A stretch of 64,000 bases of DNA from Hamiltosporidium tvaerminnensis FI-OER-3-3 (lineage: Eukaryota > Fungi > Microsporidia), in NCBI GenBank assembly GCA_022605425.2, contig CM061252.1:558001-622000 (forward strand). The letters are read 5' to 3'. This document shows, piece by piece, positions 23,968 through 37,501 of this stretch (its first letter is position 1; each line of letters starts with the position of its first letter). The position numbers and the translations under genes were made by a program. Below the pieces are notes generated by a model. That model was not told the DNA's origin and did no database searches. It saw only the letters and a program-made list of their open reading frames with translations.

Positions 23968-26900
23968 TCCTTAAAATATGATAAATACTAATTTCGGCAA
24001 ACTAATAATGTTTTTTTATAGATTAATAATTGAAAAATTCTCATGAGATAACTCGGTATGGTATTATAACCAAATAAGACGAATTTAACCTTAAAATCTT
24101 TTCTATATTAGAACGGTAATATGCAACTGCAATCATACTAAAACACAGTTGAATCTGGTATTTTTAATTTAGAAAAGTTAATAGAACAAATTAAATAACT
24201 ATGAAAGTTAGAAAAAAATAAACATAGATTTAAACATCAGATAGGACTGTATGCATAGCCTTGTCGTTCAGTACAATAAAATTATTTAAAACGAAAAAAT
24301 TAAATAAAAAACAAAATATGGAAGTCGAATTTCAAATAAATGACTTAAAGACTTTCCCGATAGACAATGTAAAATATATGTCAAGTTGAAATATTTTTAG
24401 AACGAAAATAAGGAGTTTAGTATGAAAGACCTAAAAATATTTTATAGTATAATTTGTGAAAAAAAATACTCAGAAACTCGCTTCTTTGCGCATCAAATTT
24501 TGCTAGATGTAACTATCGCGGATTTTTTTTAGAATGGCCCTCGTTTTGCTATCAATTCTACACATGGTATCATTTTTTTTTGGTTTTTCAACACACGTTT
24601 AATGCATCAAAGAGTACGAACCAGTTTTATTCACTTTTTGCATGTTAATAGTTTTTATCTAAACCTAACAATAGCCAATAAACAAGATATTAAACCTATC
24701 TTCTAACAATAAAACTAAACATAAAGAAGATATTCATATTGTTTATGAGCAACCAAAAAATTTAGCTACGATGAAAGATGGCATAAATATGTAAAGGTTC
24801 TTTATTACCCAGCCTATATGGGTCTGCCGTTTTCTCAATTTATGAGGAAAAAAGTCAAGGTTAATATCTACTGCGACCGCAAAAAAGATATGAGCTAAGT
24901 CTATAGAGGTTGTAATATGTCATTAAAAAAACCTTTCTAGCGATGAGTTAATTTTCGTCGAAAAAAATGCATTCTAAATAAAAAAATCATATACTTACTA
25001 AAGCGAAGCCTGCATTAGTCTTTTAATTTCGAATGCGAGATAAAATCTTTTAGCAACTTTTGTAAATTTTACGCTGAGCAAAATTTTTTTGGAAACGTTT
25101 CAGAATAGTCATATACTGAACACGGGAGGTTCTTTTCGAATAAGCTGCTTACGTCGACGAGCTTGTAACATATAAAGACGTTAAGAACAACACTTGCTTG
25201 ATTATTTTGTTGAACTAATATTATTCTCTGCAAATGTTGTATTGAACCATGGCAATGATGTCCAAAAAAGACAATTCTTAGCGCATTTATGTTTAGAAAA
25301 TTTTGAGACTGTGACTTCAGTATACTCAACAACTGCGTTTTTTTTAGTATTTTTGAACCTTCAATCCTTTTATTGGATAGCTTTTTCGCTACGAAGCCCA
25401 AAATTCTAGGGCCTCGAAGAGCAAAAACAAACTTTTGCTAACAAGATTAGATTCCAAAGCAACTCACTCTTTAATATTTGATGCCCGCGCTATATGTTTT
25501 GTTCAATTTATATTCCAGAAAGAGGCTCGAACTTAAACACTTTAGTCGATTAGCAATTCTAGAAGTTTTGCTAAAAATCATCATGTATCAGATGGGTTTT
25601 GTCTTATTCCATCCGACGCTAATTCGCAGAGTCACTCATATGTATAAAGTATTTTGAGGCGAAGAAGGCATGTTTTTAGCTAATCTCAAAAAAAACATTT
25701 CGTAATTTGTATTTAGAATATAAAAAACATATTATTAAAGTTTTCGGCTTAAAATTCATTATAGTGACCAGTGGGAATAACATTAAGGCCATTATGAAAC
25801 ATATAAAGACAGAGACGGTAGAAGTAATCAAGAAAATCAGTAACTTTACGTTTTTAACACCAAGGGGGAACAATCAGTAGATTTATCCAGTTTGCATAAA
25901 AAGTATGTCTTAAATATGAACCGTAAAACCTATATAAAGTTCTAAATATCACGTAAATTTTAAATGATTAAAACGTGAAGAAAAGAGGTCATTTAAAATG
26001 CTAAGCGAGACTAAAGTGAACCAAGTTTTTCCTGTGATGCTAATAATGACGTAAAATTCACTTTAGAATGTTATTCTCGTAATTTAATAATGATATAAGA
26101 CGGTGTAAGAATTAAGACCTAGAATTGAAATATTTGCTAATTGGAAATAGGAAAGTATTTATGGAAGTTTTTACAAACTTTTTTTGGCTGAATAAAGCGA
26201 CGGCATGTCCAACAACAAATATAAATTTTCCGAACGCTTATGTAATTTTACGCTTAATTTGCACCTTTAAAATAAAAGTTTGCTCTACCCGCTGAATGCT
26301 TCTATTAAGTCCTATGATGACTTATTTATTTTTCAATTTTTGTTTATTATACTATGTTAAATCTATAATAAAGTATGCGATTAAACCAAAATAATAAGTA
26401 ACAAATGAGAACGATCGCGTCCAATATATTTTTTTTGTATCATTAGTTTAAGAGTTAGATTATATAGCTGTTAGGATAGCCAAAGGATTATTTTAAATGC
26501 CTAAGAAATTGTAAAGATGTTTGAAAATATATTTTGAAGGTTTTGAACAAATTTTATTAGCTCTTACTTAAAATGGGAAACTATAAATAATTAATTCCGC
26601 TTCTTATTTTCGTAAATCCATCTTAGGTTTGAAATTAATTTAATTCGATACAAAAAGTTTTACATCATAAAAAATTTGACTATTACGATGGGAGAAAAAA
26701 GATTCATATCAGTCTCATTCTATAAGATTTATGATATCGAAAGTTTCTTATACAATTTAATAAAGAGTTTTTTATATTAAAATCTCTTTCTATATTCACG
26801 AAAAATGATACATTTTATCTTCTAATAAAAAATTAGATTTACATTTTTTTAAAGAAATTAAAAATAGAGGGATGTATAGCTCTTTTTAAATGTTGTAAAC

Positions 26901-28430
26901 AGTTAGGTGTTTTTGATTCTTTAAATAGATAAAATAACTGCAGAATGAAAAGACGTTAGTTTTGCCTAATTAAACCTTGGTAGAAATATCTATCCCAAAC
27001 CAATCCTAAATACAAAAACTATAAGTATTATCTAAATTTATGTTATCTTATACCAGGTACGACAATATTAATTATATAGAGGAATTGTGCTGAAACCCAT
27101 TCTACCTCTCTAAGATTTGAAATTTGGCTGGCAAAATGATTGAATAATCATCCTAACAAAAATGTATTTTAATGGGAGAAAAAGCAAGAATAAACCTATG
27201 ATGTGTATAATTTTGGAATTCAAAAAACTAAATTTTTAAAATAAAGTAAATATTGTAGATTTTTAAACTCAGATTCCCTTAATTTTGCGCTTTAATTCTT
27301 AGAAAGTAAAATTAGAGCTATGATTTTAGAAAACCTAATTAAACCCTGTTCTTAAATATACAGTTAAATTTAATTATTTTATACATTCTAAATTGGCTTC
27401 CTCAAGTTAAATATTTCCTCTATGTTGGATCTAATCAGGTCATGATATGTTTTATACTTTCTCAATAGACATTTATGAATATGATAATCAATTATAACCA
27501 TTAGAATGCTCCCATATAAATATAAATTCGAAGTTTTAATTTAACCTACCTTTTCGATAAATGTTTTGCTGAATTTAAAATACGCAATTAAGAAGAATAT
27601 AAATCGATCAACAATAGAAATTAAAATGTTTCTTAGGAATACTAGATGTATTCAAAAGACACAAAATAACAAGGTTTCGTTGAAATTTAAGTAAAAAAAC
27701 ACACTCAAGACCTAAAGCATGTTAAATTTGTATGCTGAGGGGACATTATAGGAAATTTACTAAAATCATAAAACTGCGCATATACACAAGAAAGTCATCA
27801 TTAAGATAACATATAATTATAATAACAATGCGAATATTAGATAAAAAAACTAATGACGAATGAACCGTGTACTTTAATTGAAAAACAAAAAAGGCATTTC
27901 GAGTTAAAGCAATGCGCAGGAAACGAATATTATGATTGTCTAAAAATAAACAAAAAAGGATTATGAATGAATAAAATAATCAATCTAAACCACTAGAGGG
28001 ATAAATCTAAAACAATTTTAGTTGAAACTATGATAGTTAATTAATTACAAATTCCATGAGCAAATATGTATTCATCGGAAAATTTATCTCCCCAGTAATT
28101 TTCATTGGTTTATATATTGAATTTTATCTTTTTGAATAATAGCTCTCTAATTATCTCCCCTTTTTAAAAAAATGTATGAAGTTATTCCTTATAGAATATA
28201 ATGAGGATTTTGAATAAATTTATTTTTTTGAATTTAATAAAGGTTTTAATTATTCGATATTTCTTTAAAAATATATCCAGCAATCGGTCATTTAAACCTA
28301 TATTGCTTCAATATTTTCAAATCCTTTTTTGGCATCTTTTATATTTTTTTATCAAAAGTTTAAAAAATAGTAAACCTTATTGATTTTCTAGAAGAAAGAT
28401 TTCCTAAAATGGTAAAAAATTTGGCCTTTA

Positions 28431-28450
28431 AGAAATTTCTAGAAAATTCA
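28431..28450 (+). promoter_or_regulatory. Perfect four-unit heat-shock element, copy 2
   Basis: aGAAatTTCtaGAAaaTTCa ends 11 bp before the ATG at 28462; distal TTCtaGAA at 28386-28393. Confidence 0.75.
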
Positions 28451-28461
28451 AAACTATAAAT

Positions 28462-28908
28462 ATGCCAGAGAAATCCATCCATATGATGAGACGAAAAAAC
28501 TTCTTTGAGCCGCTTTTTGAGAATGAAAAGTTTGAGAACGACAAGATGAATATAACATTTAACTTACCAGAGGGAGTTGATCCTAATAACGTAGAAATTA
28601 AACATGAAAAGAACGCATACCACATGAAGTACAAGACAGAAACAAAAGATGAGAAAGATGGTGTTTCTTTTTCTAGTTCCAGTTACGGATATTTCTCGCG
28701 ATCATTTCCTTTTGAAATAAAGAATCCACATGCAGAAGTCAAAGAGAATAAGCTGTTTTTTAGTTTTGATCGAGGGGAAGATACTTCTGGTTTGAAAAGT
28801 ATTCCAATCAAAAATGGTAATTCGAAAGAAAAAATAGTCACTAATAAAAAGGAAACAGATAGCAATGCAAGTTGTTCTTCTGGTAAGTGTCAGCATTGTG
28901 GAAAGTAA
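28462..28908 (+). CDS. Small heat-shock protein (HSP20), copy 2
   Basis: Same protein as copy 1 except P7H. Confidence 0.85.
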   Translation: MPEKSIHMMRRKNFFEPLFENEKFENDKMNITFNLPEGVDPNNVEIKHEKNAYHMKYKTETKDEKDGVSFSSSSYGYFSRSFPFEIKNPHAEVKENKLFFSFDRGEDTSGLKSIPIKNGNSKEKIVTNKKETDSNASCSSGKCQHCGK

Positions 28909-29002
28909 AAAAATAAAAGTAATTTGAGTAATTTTCTTTGTTATTATTTTATATTTTCCATTTTTTTTAAAAGTTTAAATTTTAAATATGACATATTTTC
29001 AG

Positions 29003-29688
29003 AACAGTGACATATTTTATTTATATTTATATGAAATATACGCAGTTTTGGGTTTTGCATCTAACTGCCTCTCAATACTCTATCAGTATCTCCTATTATA
29101 CTACATCTCACGTCCTTCATCTAAAAGGTGTTAGAAGCTAGTTAATAGGCAAGGCGGTTGCATGGAATTAGTAAATGTTCGTTGCATGATGGGTGACAAA
29201 AGGCGAAAACTCATCCTGGGATTCTCTAAGACTAGGCAACATTGCCACCTACCCGTAATTTTATGATCACAATAAACTTCTAGCATAGATATACCTCCAA
29301 AACTTACATGGGGTCCACTTAGACATTGCATGTCATGCCAACAAGTATAACTTGCATCTTATCTCTGCCAGCTTTTAATGGTTTTTATTTTTATATCTCA
29401 CAGGCGCTAAATCTTCTGATCTGAGTTAGCAAGGCTACCTTCCATGCTTTACATGACAATTATCTACATTTTCAGCTCCGATCTGCAATCTAGTCCCATA
29501 AAAACCAAAAATAAATTTGTAGAATTTTTTTTGCAATTATAAAGACTTCTTTCTTCTCTTACGAACTCCAATAGACCAATTATAAATATAGTGTAATTTA
29601 TTGTCACCATAAATCCAAACAATGATCGTTATATCAATTTAAACTCATCATCGCTAACAGAAAGTTCTGATTTACTTATCTTTTTCCA
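29003..29688 (-). mobile_element. ~700-bp dispersed repeat, locus B (unit copy 2)
   Basis: Tandem-array counterpart of 11270-11955. Confidence 0.85.
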
Positions 29689-32600
29689 ATTTCTGTATAG
29701 AATTATATATTTTTCTAAATAATTCAAGTAAAAGTCTAGATTTTTCTCAAAAACTACCCATATAATTTGCTATTTTAAAAGCAATTTAATATTAAAAATC
29801 AATTTCTTTTTTAGGTTGTATTTTGGTAAAATTATAATAAATTAGAAAAATACCTATAAAACTATTTAATTAATTAGTATTGTGAATTCCAAGCTTTTTT
29901 CTAATTATTTTCAGATGTTTTTTAAAATGTATTCTTTCGATTTATAGAACAGGCTCTTTATGTCTGAAACTTTATCTATATTTCAAGTCTAAGCTTTGAG
30001 TATTGTATAAAAAGTTTTCTTTTTAGAATATATGTAGTAAGTGTATGATTTTTTCGTGTCTTCAGCTCCTTGAATAACCCAGTAGATTCTTTTTACCAGC
30101 TTTCTTCAAAATTTGGTTTTGGCTTTCAATCTTATCTTGGCCATAAAATATTCTTCCACTATTCTTTGTGTACTATTAGATGAATATTTGCTTAATTTTT
30201 ACCGAAATTTTTAGGTTCAAAATTTACATTTTTTTATATTTAGGGATAAAACATTGCAGTTTATCAGATATATAATGATATGAACACTTCAAAAATGAAT
30301 GAGAATTTTTCATTAGCCCATAAATCCTACTTGTTGGTTTTTCTGTTTTGAAAATAAAGGCTAATATTACGAAGTAATTTCGGCTTCTATAACACTAAAA
30401 TTTTAATATTCTTCTATAAATTACATACTTAATCATTTAATCCCAATCTTGTAAGTTTCTATTCTGGCTCCTAATCATATTTTAAAATACTCATTTTAAA
30501 AATCTTCTACACTAAGAAGACTTATGTCTTATTTAAGGCCAGAATGTATATTTATAAATTAAATTGATGTGGACACAAAACTTTACTTAATGAGTATGAT
30601 GCAATTTTATGCGGGTGTGTTCTCTAGCGGCTATTCATTAAATCTTCTAGATTCTGATTGCATTTACTTGGTGTAAACATTTTTTCTATAATCTAAAGAT
30701 AACTTCTGAATCTGAGATTTAAATAAGAGTTTTTTATCACATAGGTCGATTTTTTCCGTTTTAAGCCATTTTGAACGCGTAAAAATGTTTATAAACCCAA
30801 AATTGCATCATTATATAACTTCGAATGTAATTTATCAACTTCAATTATATATATAAATTCATCATTAATTTCAAGTTTGAAACTTTATTCGGAATATCAC
30901 CTAATATAAAATATTAGACATAGATAAAGCATTTACTTGGTGCAGGGGGTGTTCTATTATCATTTTATACCCTAGTAGTTGCTAAGAAATTTTCTGTTTT
31001 TCTTCCATTCTTAAACACTATCGTATATTTACCATGAAATACATCTGTTTATCAGCTAAACATTAAAAAAGTTTTCTATGTCTGAGTCTATGGAGTCAAA
31101 TAAACAATACGTTCGGTACCTTTGTCTCCTAATTCTTCATGATATGGCATACTTGCAATAGTATAACCGCAAAATAACTGTTTCAAGTCAAAATAATTAC
31201 ACGAGATAGTTGATTTGGGAAATTAAACGTCTATTCATTATGTGAATATATTTTTTAAAATAACATTCGAACTACTTAGCTCTGGATTCTTTACCTTACT
31301 TCATTTTCGTATCATAAATAGTTGGAGTGTTTGAGTATTTTTCCATCGTATAATATTAAGTATTTTTATAGATGTTTTGGTTTTTTAAGATTGGCTGTGC
31401 CTTTATAACTCTCGTTTTTTGTTGCTGTTTTTTTCTCTTTTGTTTTAAACCTATTCTTAAAGAGTTATTATTGCATGTGTTTTAATCTTTTGATGCAGCA
31501 TCAACGCTATAAGCTTGCAACAGTATAAAAAAAGTGAGATATAATTCACGAGAACCTTTATTAGAATGTATAGACTTGTTTGTGTATTTACTATTGTGTT
31601 TGGTTTTATTTAATCAATATACAACACACAGACTCTAGCAGAAATAATATCTCTTGGCAAAAACTTCTTAAAAAGTCCTTGCTTGTAATCTTGCATTTAT
31701 ATTCTATATAAATTTCATTTCTAGTATTCCGGCATCAAATATTTCAGTTTATACCGAACAAAGATTGTTAAAAATAAATATTTTATACTAAAGATGTCAA
31801 AATAATAGCACATTTTGTAAAATCCATGTTGTCTTGATTTTTTATTTGTACACTAGAAAGTGAATATTCATATGAGCCTAATTCCTCGGCTACATACATA
31901 TATCTTGGAGCTTCTAAGATGTTATCGGCTTTCGCTTTTATGTTGAACGATTCTTTTATACTTTTCTTTGTTATCTTATAGAGGTTTGACATATGGAATA
32001 TCAACTTGTCGTCCGAGACTTTAAGTAGCTAATCTTTCGGTATCAAATATGTTGGAACTTCTAAAATATTTCATTACTTATTCTTTTAAAAATATAATTT
32101 TGTAATATCAGAGATGATTGCTAGGAGTTGAAAAGGTTTCTAGATTAAAAAAATTATAATCACAACTATTTCTGCCGCTTAAAACAAAGAGAAGACTAGT
32201 TTAATATTAAAAAACTTAGAAACTAAGGCAACATCGCTACAGGCGGTAGGCGTTATAGAAAAGACTAAATAATCGTTATAGGTGACGATTTATTATTTTT
32301 GTTAGACATCCGAATTAAGAACCTTTTATTTTAACACGAATATCCATATCCTACTCAAACTCATACATACGAAAGACTAAAATTTAATAGTTTCTGAATG
32401 GCTTAAATAAACGGTTGTATCTTCATTATTACTCTTTTTATTTGTTTGTCTTTTTTATTCCGTTTGGATTCCAATACCCATTCTTAAACGAAAATACAAA
32501 GAATTTATTAGCAAATCAAAATTTTTAATAAAGTATAGTATTGTGCGCCGGTGACTATGTATTTCAGCAGTAATAGATTTTCTGATGTCTGGTTTTTTAA

Positions 32601-35600
32601 GTTGATTGTGCGAAATGCTTACTTAGTGATTAAATTTTCTTGTATTCCTTGGTAGCATATTTATTTTAATCACATTTTTTCGCTATTAATAGTAATAGAA
32701 AGCTCGTGTGATGTCCGTATGTGCGGTAACAAACCTAGATGTGCAAGAGTGGTCTGTTAGCGCCTATTTCATAAATTTAAAATCGGAAAAAAAAATTATT
32801 TATTTGTTAAAAATTTTTTGAGTTAGGAGAGCGACTTGGTAAATATTCTTCTTTATTATTTGATTAATTTCATAAAATCGATGATTTCTAGGTTCAGTAC
32901 TTATTCTTGTCTATTAAAAAAGATTGCACATTAAAAATCAGCGTTTAATTCTCCCCCTTGATTCTGTTCACTGCATTTTCCAAATTCATTGCGTTACACT
33001 TTAGAATCGCTTCTTGTTTTAGACTACAGGCAAGGTTTCATTATAAGAACCATATAGCCTTGGCTAATTTATTCAGTGGTTCTTTAAGATCTTGTTTGAA
33101 CCTAAAACAAAACATATTCAAAGCCTTCATTCTGATCTATCGTTACAAAAGCGAGCTTGAACAGCGTTCCATATATATTTCTTGTTGTGAATATCCAAAT
33201 ACAGTTTACTTTATGCAAGATCGGCTTATATGCGAGTTTTAAGTTGAAAGAAACCATATGTAAGGTAAAATTAGATTGTAATACCAGAAAAACGTGCACT
33301 ATTGCTTTTATATTTTGTTATATCTTAGGGTTTTTTCGTATTTGGGAGAAAAATTGGGGTACTGGTACTGGACAATAAATATTTTTTCATGTTTTTGTAA
33401 AAGCTTTGCCTTCAATCTCGCATCATCAGCGTCATTCATAGCTTTTGTTCTAATTAGATCTTTCTTGCTCTTTCAATTTAGTTCCTTTTCCTTGGAGATA
33501 TATAATGGTCTTTTCGTTATAAATATATGTTAAAAATACACGTAAGCATAAAATTCTGTGAAACTAAATATCTACAAAATTTTTAATTGTATAATTTGTC
33601 AAGTCAAAATAAAAGCTTCGAAAAACCTTAGAAATGCTTTGCAGTTCAACGATCATAATTCAGATTTTCGGTGTTGAAAGCTGAAAATATTTATTTTTAT
33701 CAAAAATATGTTTTTTGTAAATTTTAGTTCTTTGATCTAGATTCAGATGAATATTAATCGGCGTTAAATACTAAATGTAAAACCATGAAATTCTAAGAAG
33801 CTTAGATGAAAAATCAGAAAAAAATATGCCGAATCATCGCTCAGAATCCGTCAGGATGCTTTAATTCGGAAAACAGACCAAAAATAGATTTAAAAAGACA
33901 ATCTGTTAAAAAAAATATTTGATCAAAAATGTAACAAATACTAAATTAAATATTGCATTTTGAGTAAATTGAATTCGCCTAAACTCAATAGAAATTAAAC
34001 AAAAAAAGAATTATTAGTTTAATTTTTTATTTCAATAACTTATTTTTTTGTGCCTAAAATTTCGAGATATAATTTTGATTCTAAAAACTGTAAGTTAATT
34101 TACATTCTAGATTTAAATGGATTAAAAACCCATGTGAAAAATAGAAGATTTGTTAATAGTTTCTCAAGTTTCATTTTGGCAGACGCCATATTTGAGTTAC
34201 ATCAACAGATTTTTTTTTCGGACGTCAATAATAAAATTTTTAAAATAAATGCAAAATCATGATCATATATTAGTAGAATATGAATGCATATATTCAATAC
34301 TAGAATAGATCCAGGTATTCATCCCGAATAAAATAATAACAAAAAATTTTTCAATTTATAGAGTGTGATTATTTTGAATTTTTTTAACATCCTTAAACAA
34401 ATCTAATAGAGGGCTGTAATTGGGTTTCTTTTTATGATCAACGACTTTTGTATTGAAGTTCATGAGCAAATACGCATTTAAATATAACTTTATAAAATTC
34501 AGGCATAAATTTGCACTTAATTAGCAATAAATTCCGTTTAAGAATCAAATTTTGTAACATAATATGGATTTAGGTGTATTTTAAAGATTATGTGAATAGA
34601 TAAGCCAAAAGCCACTGATTATGTTTTTTAAAGAATAAACTTGTTCTCAGACCCTAATTTGTTTAGCATCGGAGATTTCTATAATAATATCTGTATTCTT
34701 AATAAATTACTTGGAATTATTCCACCGGGTTTATGATTTGAAACGATAAAAAGAAAATAACTATAGCTGATAAAACTAAAATTGAATATTTGTGAACTCA
34801 TTTCCCGTACTGAATTATTTATTTTGAAAATATATTATTTCTCAAAAAAACATTTCAAATTTTTGTGTTTAACTTTGAACATTTATATCCTATAGAAATT
34901 TATCACTATAAAATATATTTTATTTATTCACGTTGGATTGATTATGATGTGTTTTAAAACTTTAATCTGAATTATAAGAAGGAATTTGTGAGGGATCTAT
35001 AAAGTATTCTTTTATGTGTATGTCCCCTTAAAAAGTAAGTAATCACCTATAATTCTATTTCTAATAACTATATCCCGAAAAATTTTCAACTTTCTCTGGT
35101 TTCTGATTCTTACAAATAAAAGAATTTTTTGCGGTATACCGAGATTTACTTAGTGTATCCACTGTCTAGAATTAAAATTTCCAGAATGATCATCTTAAAC
35201 GATAATATATATTATTTTTCATATATGAAGATTTCCTATATGCGCTTGCTTGAATTATTCATAGAAGTTTGTTTCTTACGATTTTGTAAGAAACAACTAT
35301 AAGCGGTATAATTTATATATACTTCTTAAACTCTCAATTCGCCTTAATTTTGCCACACGAAAGTATAGTTCGTAGGAAAAAAATGTTTCATATCTATCCT
35401 CATTTTATATCAAAGTAGAAAAAATAAGAATTTGGTAGATTTTTAATAGCCATTTGCTTACGATTATTTAATGGTGTATTGAACTTAAATCGTTTTTTTA
35501 ACTCTAAAAGTTTATTAATTTAATAGATATATAAATAGCTTGAAGATATCCTAATCTAATATTTTAAATAGCGAATCCAAATATAAAGTAATTTTAACTT

Positions 35601-35857
35601 AGGTATTAAGTAAAAATTGATGTTTGCGGTTTAAATAGTGTATATGGGTTTTTAATTCTATTTTCCAAACCTTTTAATGTATTATTTTGTATATATTTTA
35701 ATATACTTATACAAAATTTTTCAGTTAAATTTAGTTTATAGAAGTATAGATAAAAAAGCAAGTAAATTGATAAAATATTTTCTGATGATGAACAGCAAAG
35801 AATAAATCAAAAAAGATTACATATAATAAAATATATAATAAAGAGATAAAATAACAG

Positions 35858-37501
35858 CTATGCTTTAATTATTTCAACATCAATGGCCGGTACGTTGGTA
35901 AGTTTAAAACAATTAGTGATGCTTTTTATTTTATATAAAATACATCTTAAAAAAAATTCACGGCATTTTTCGATTTCTTGATCACTCACTAAAAACATTT
36001 CTTGATTTTTCTTTAGTTCTTTGATAAATGAATAATATATTTCCTTGAAAGATTCTAGCGAAATTTCAAAAACAGAAATATATAATTTGGAGTTAAAGTT
36101 GTTTCTTTTTACATATACCTTGTATATTTCATGCAAGAAATCTGTCCAAATACTTTTATTAAAAGAAGAATGATCGATAAGTTCTTTGGTTTGATCAGAT
36201 ATGCATACATGCTCTTTACTAGCGATTTCACTAAGGCTTTTTGGCACTGAAGAACCAATCAACCGATCGGCGTAGTTCAATAAAAACTCAGGGAAGAAAA
36301 AACTTAAATCGATATAAGAAAATTGAAATATTCGTAGGTTTGCATTAATTCCACCATATTCTATAAAATCACTTATAGTTTTATTGCAAAAACCATATCC
36401 GAAATAAATAGCACTTTCCGAAAACATAAAGGCTGGTCGAAATATTTTAAGTTCATCTGTAAGAATTCCAGTAAAAAGAAACCGCGGGTTTGATTTTCCT
36501 AGTTTTGAATTGAGGCTGATTTCGGCGGTTCTTGTACAAAAAACTAAACAAATTTTGATGTATTGAGATGCTACATTTTCGGACGAAAAAGGAACAAAAA
36601 TATTATTAATGTCCGCATCGTATTCGATTCTCACTCGCTGACTTTTTAATCTTCTATAAATCAAGTTTTTTTCTTTTTCAATAGCGATACAATCTTCATT
36701 TGTTTTCCTAAAAAAATTAAAGTATATGTCTTTCTTAGATTTTACATATAAAAATTGAAAAAATTTAGATATAAAAATTACGCCACAGTCATATAAAAAA
36801 AACCGAGACTTAATAGCATCAAGTAAATCTGAAATATTTCCTTCCTTTGTATTATCACCACATGCTTGAATCAACTCTTCTTCATATTTTTTCTTAAATT
36901 CAGAAGTTAACTTATTATTCTCTTGGTCTAAAACTAGAAATGCATTTTCAAATAGATCTGCATTGCTTTTGTTTTCTTCCAATATCTGTGAAAATTTGTT
37001 GTGCAAAAACGATTTTAACTTTTCAATTACTAGCGAGCCAAACCTAGATAATACAGTATTGAGAAAAACTTCTCTTTTTATGTTTTCTTTCATTAAATTC
37101 TCTTTGACTTGTTTTTGGATTTCCTCAATGTTTTGTTCCGTAATGAGAAAGTCAATCGTATCAAAAATAGACTCTTTGATACATCTAAATCCAGGTTCGA
37201 CAATGTAAAAGAAATCAAAAAAATCTTCCATTGAATTCGTAGTTATAAAACAGAATCTTTTATCTAACAATCTCGTAGAAGGATTTATAGAGTCGCGCAA
37301 ACAATCTTGCATCCACGCTTTACGAACAGATTCATTCAGATCTTCTTGCCAATCTTTCCTGAGTTCTGCGCCTTTCTTCATCGCTCCATATATCATCCCA
37401 CAAATCATATACTGTGAACCAAAGCTATTATTCATATCCGAAATGCATTTTGTGAGAAGCCCAATCAACTTTATAGTTCCTACAAAAAAGCTTTCTTTCA
37501 T
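35858..37501 (-). CDS. Orphan protein, copy 2 (547 aa)
   Basis: Full-length ORF; private substitutions cluster in aa 26-173. Confidence 0.9.
   Translation of the reverse strand: MKESFFVGTIKLIGLLTKCISDMNNSFGSQYMICGMIYGAMKKGAELRKDWQEDLNESVRKAWMQDCLRDSINPSTRLLDKRFCFITTNSMEDFFDFFYIVEPGFRCIKESIFDTIDFLITEQNIEEIQKQVKENLMKENIKREVFLNTVLSRFGSLVIEKLKSFLHNKFSQILEENKSNADLFENAFLVLDQENNKLTSEFKKKYEEELIQACGDNTKEGNISDLLDAIKSRFFLYDCGVIFISKFFQFLYVKSKKDIYFNFFRKTNEDCIAIEKEKNLIYRRLKSQRVRIEYDADINNIFVPFSSENVASQYIKICLVFCTRTAEISLNSKLGKSNPRFLFTGILTDELKIFRPAFMFSESAIYFGYGFCNKTISDFIEYGGINANLRIFQFSYIDLSFFFPEFLLNYADRLIGSSVPKSLSEIASKEHVCISDQTKELIDHSSFNKSIWTDFLHEIYKVYVKRNNFNSKLYISVFEISLESFKEIYYSFIKELKKNQEMFLVSDQEIEKCREFFLRCILYKIKSITNCFKLTNVPAIDVEIIKA

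Larger units (their letters stand above)
10598..28333. repeat. Tandem unit copy 1 (~17,736 bp)
   Basis: Begins ATCTTTTGATATTTTTTTTATCAAAAG; the same junction motif recurs at 28334. Confidence 0.92.

Noticed and set aside
24318-25873. ORFs 25069..25401 (-), 25194..25409 (+), 25676..25873 (-) and nearby fragments
   Set aside because: Non-ATG starts on opposing strands and no recognisable domain. This may be a decayed gene, but strand and frame cannot be supported.
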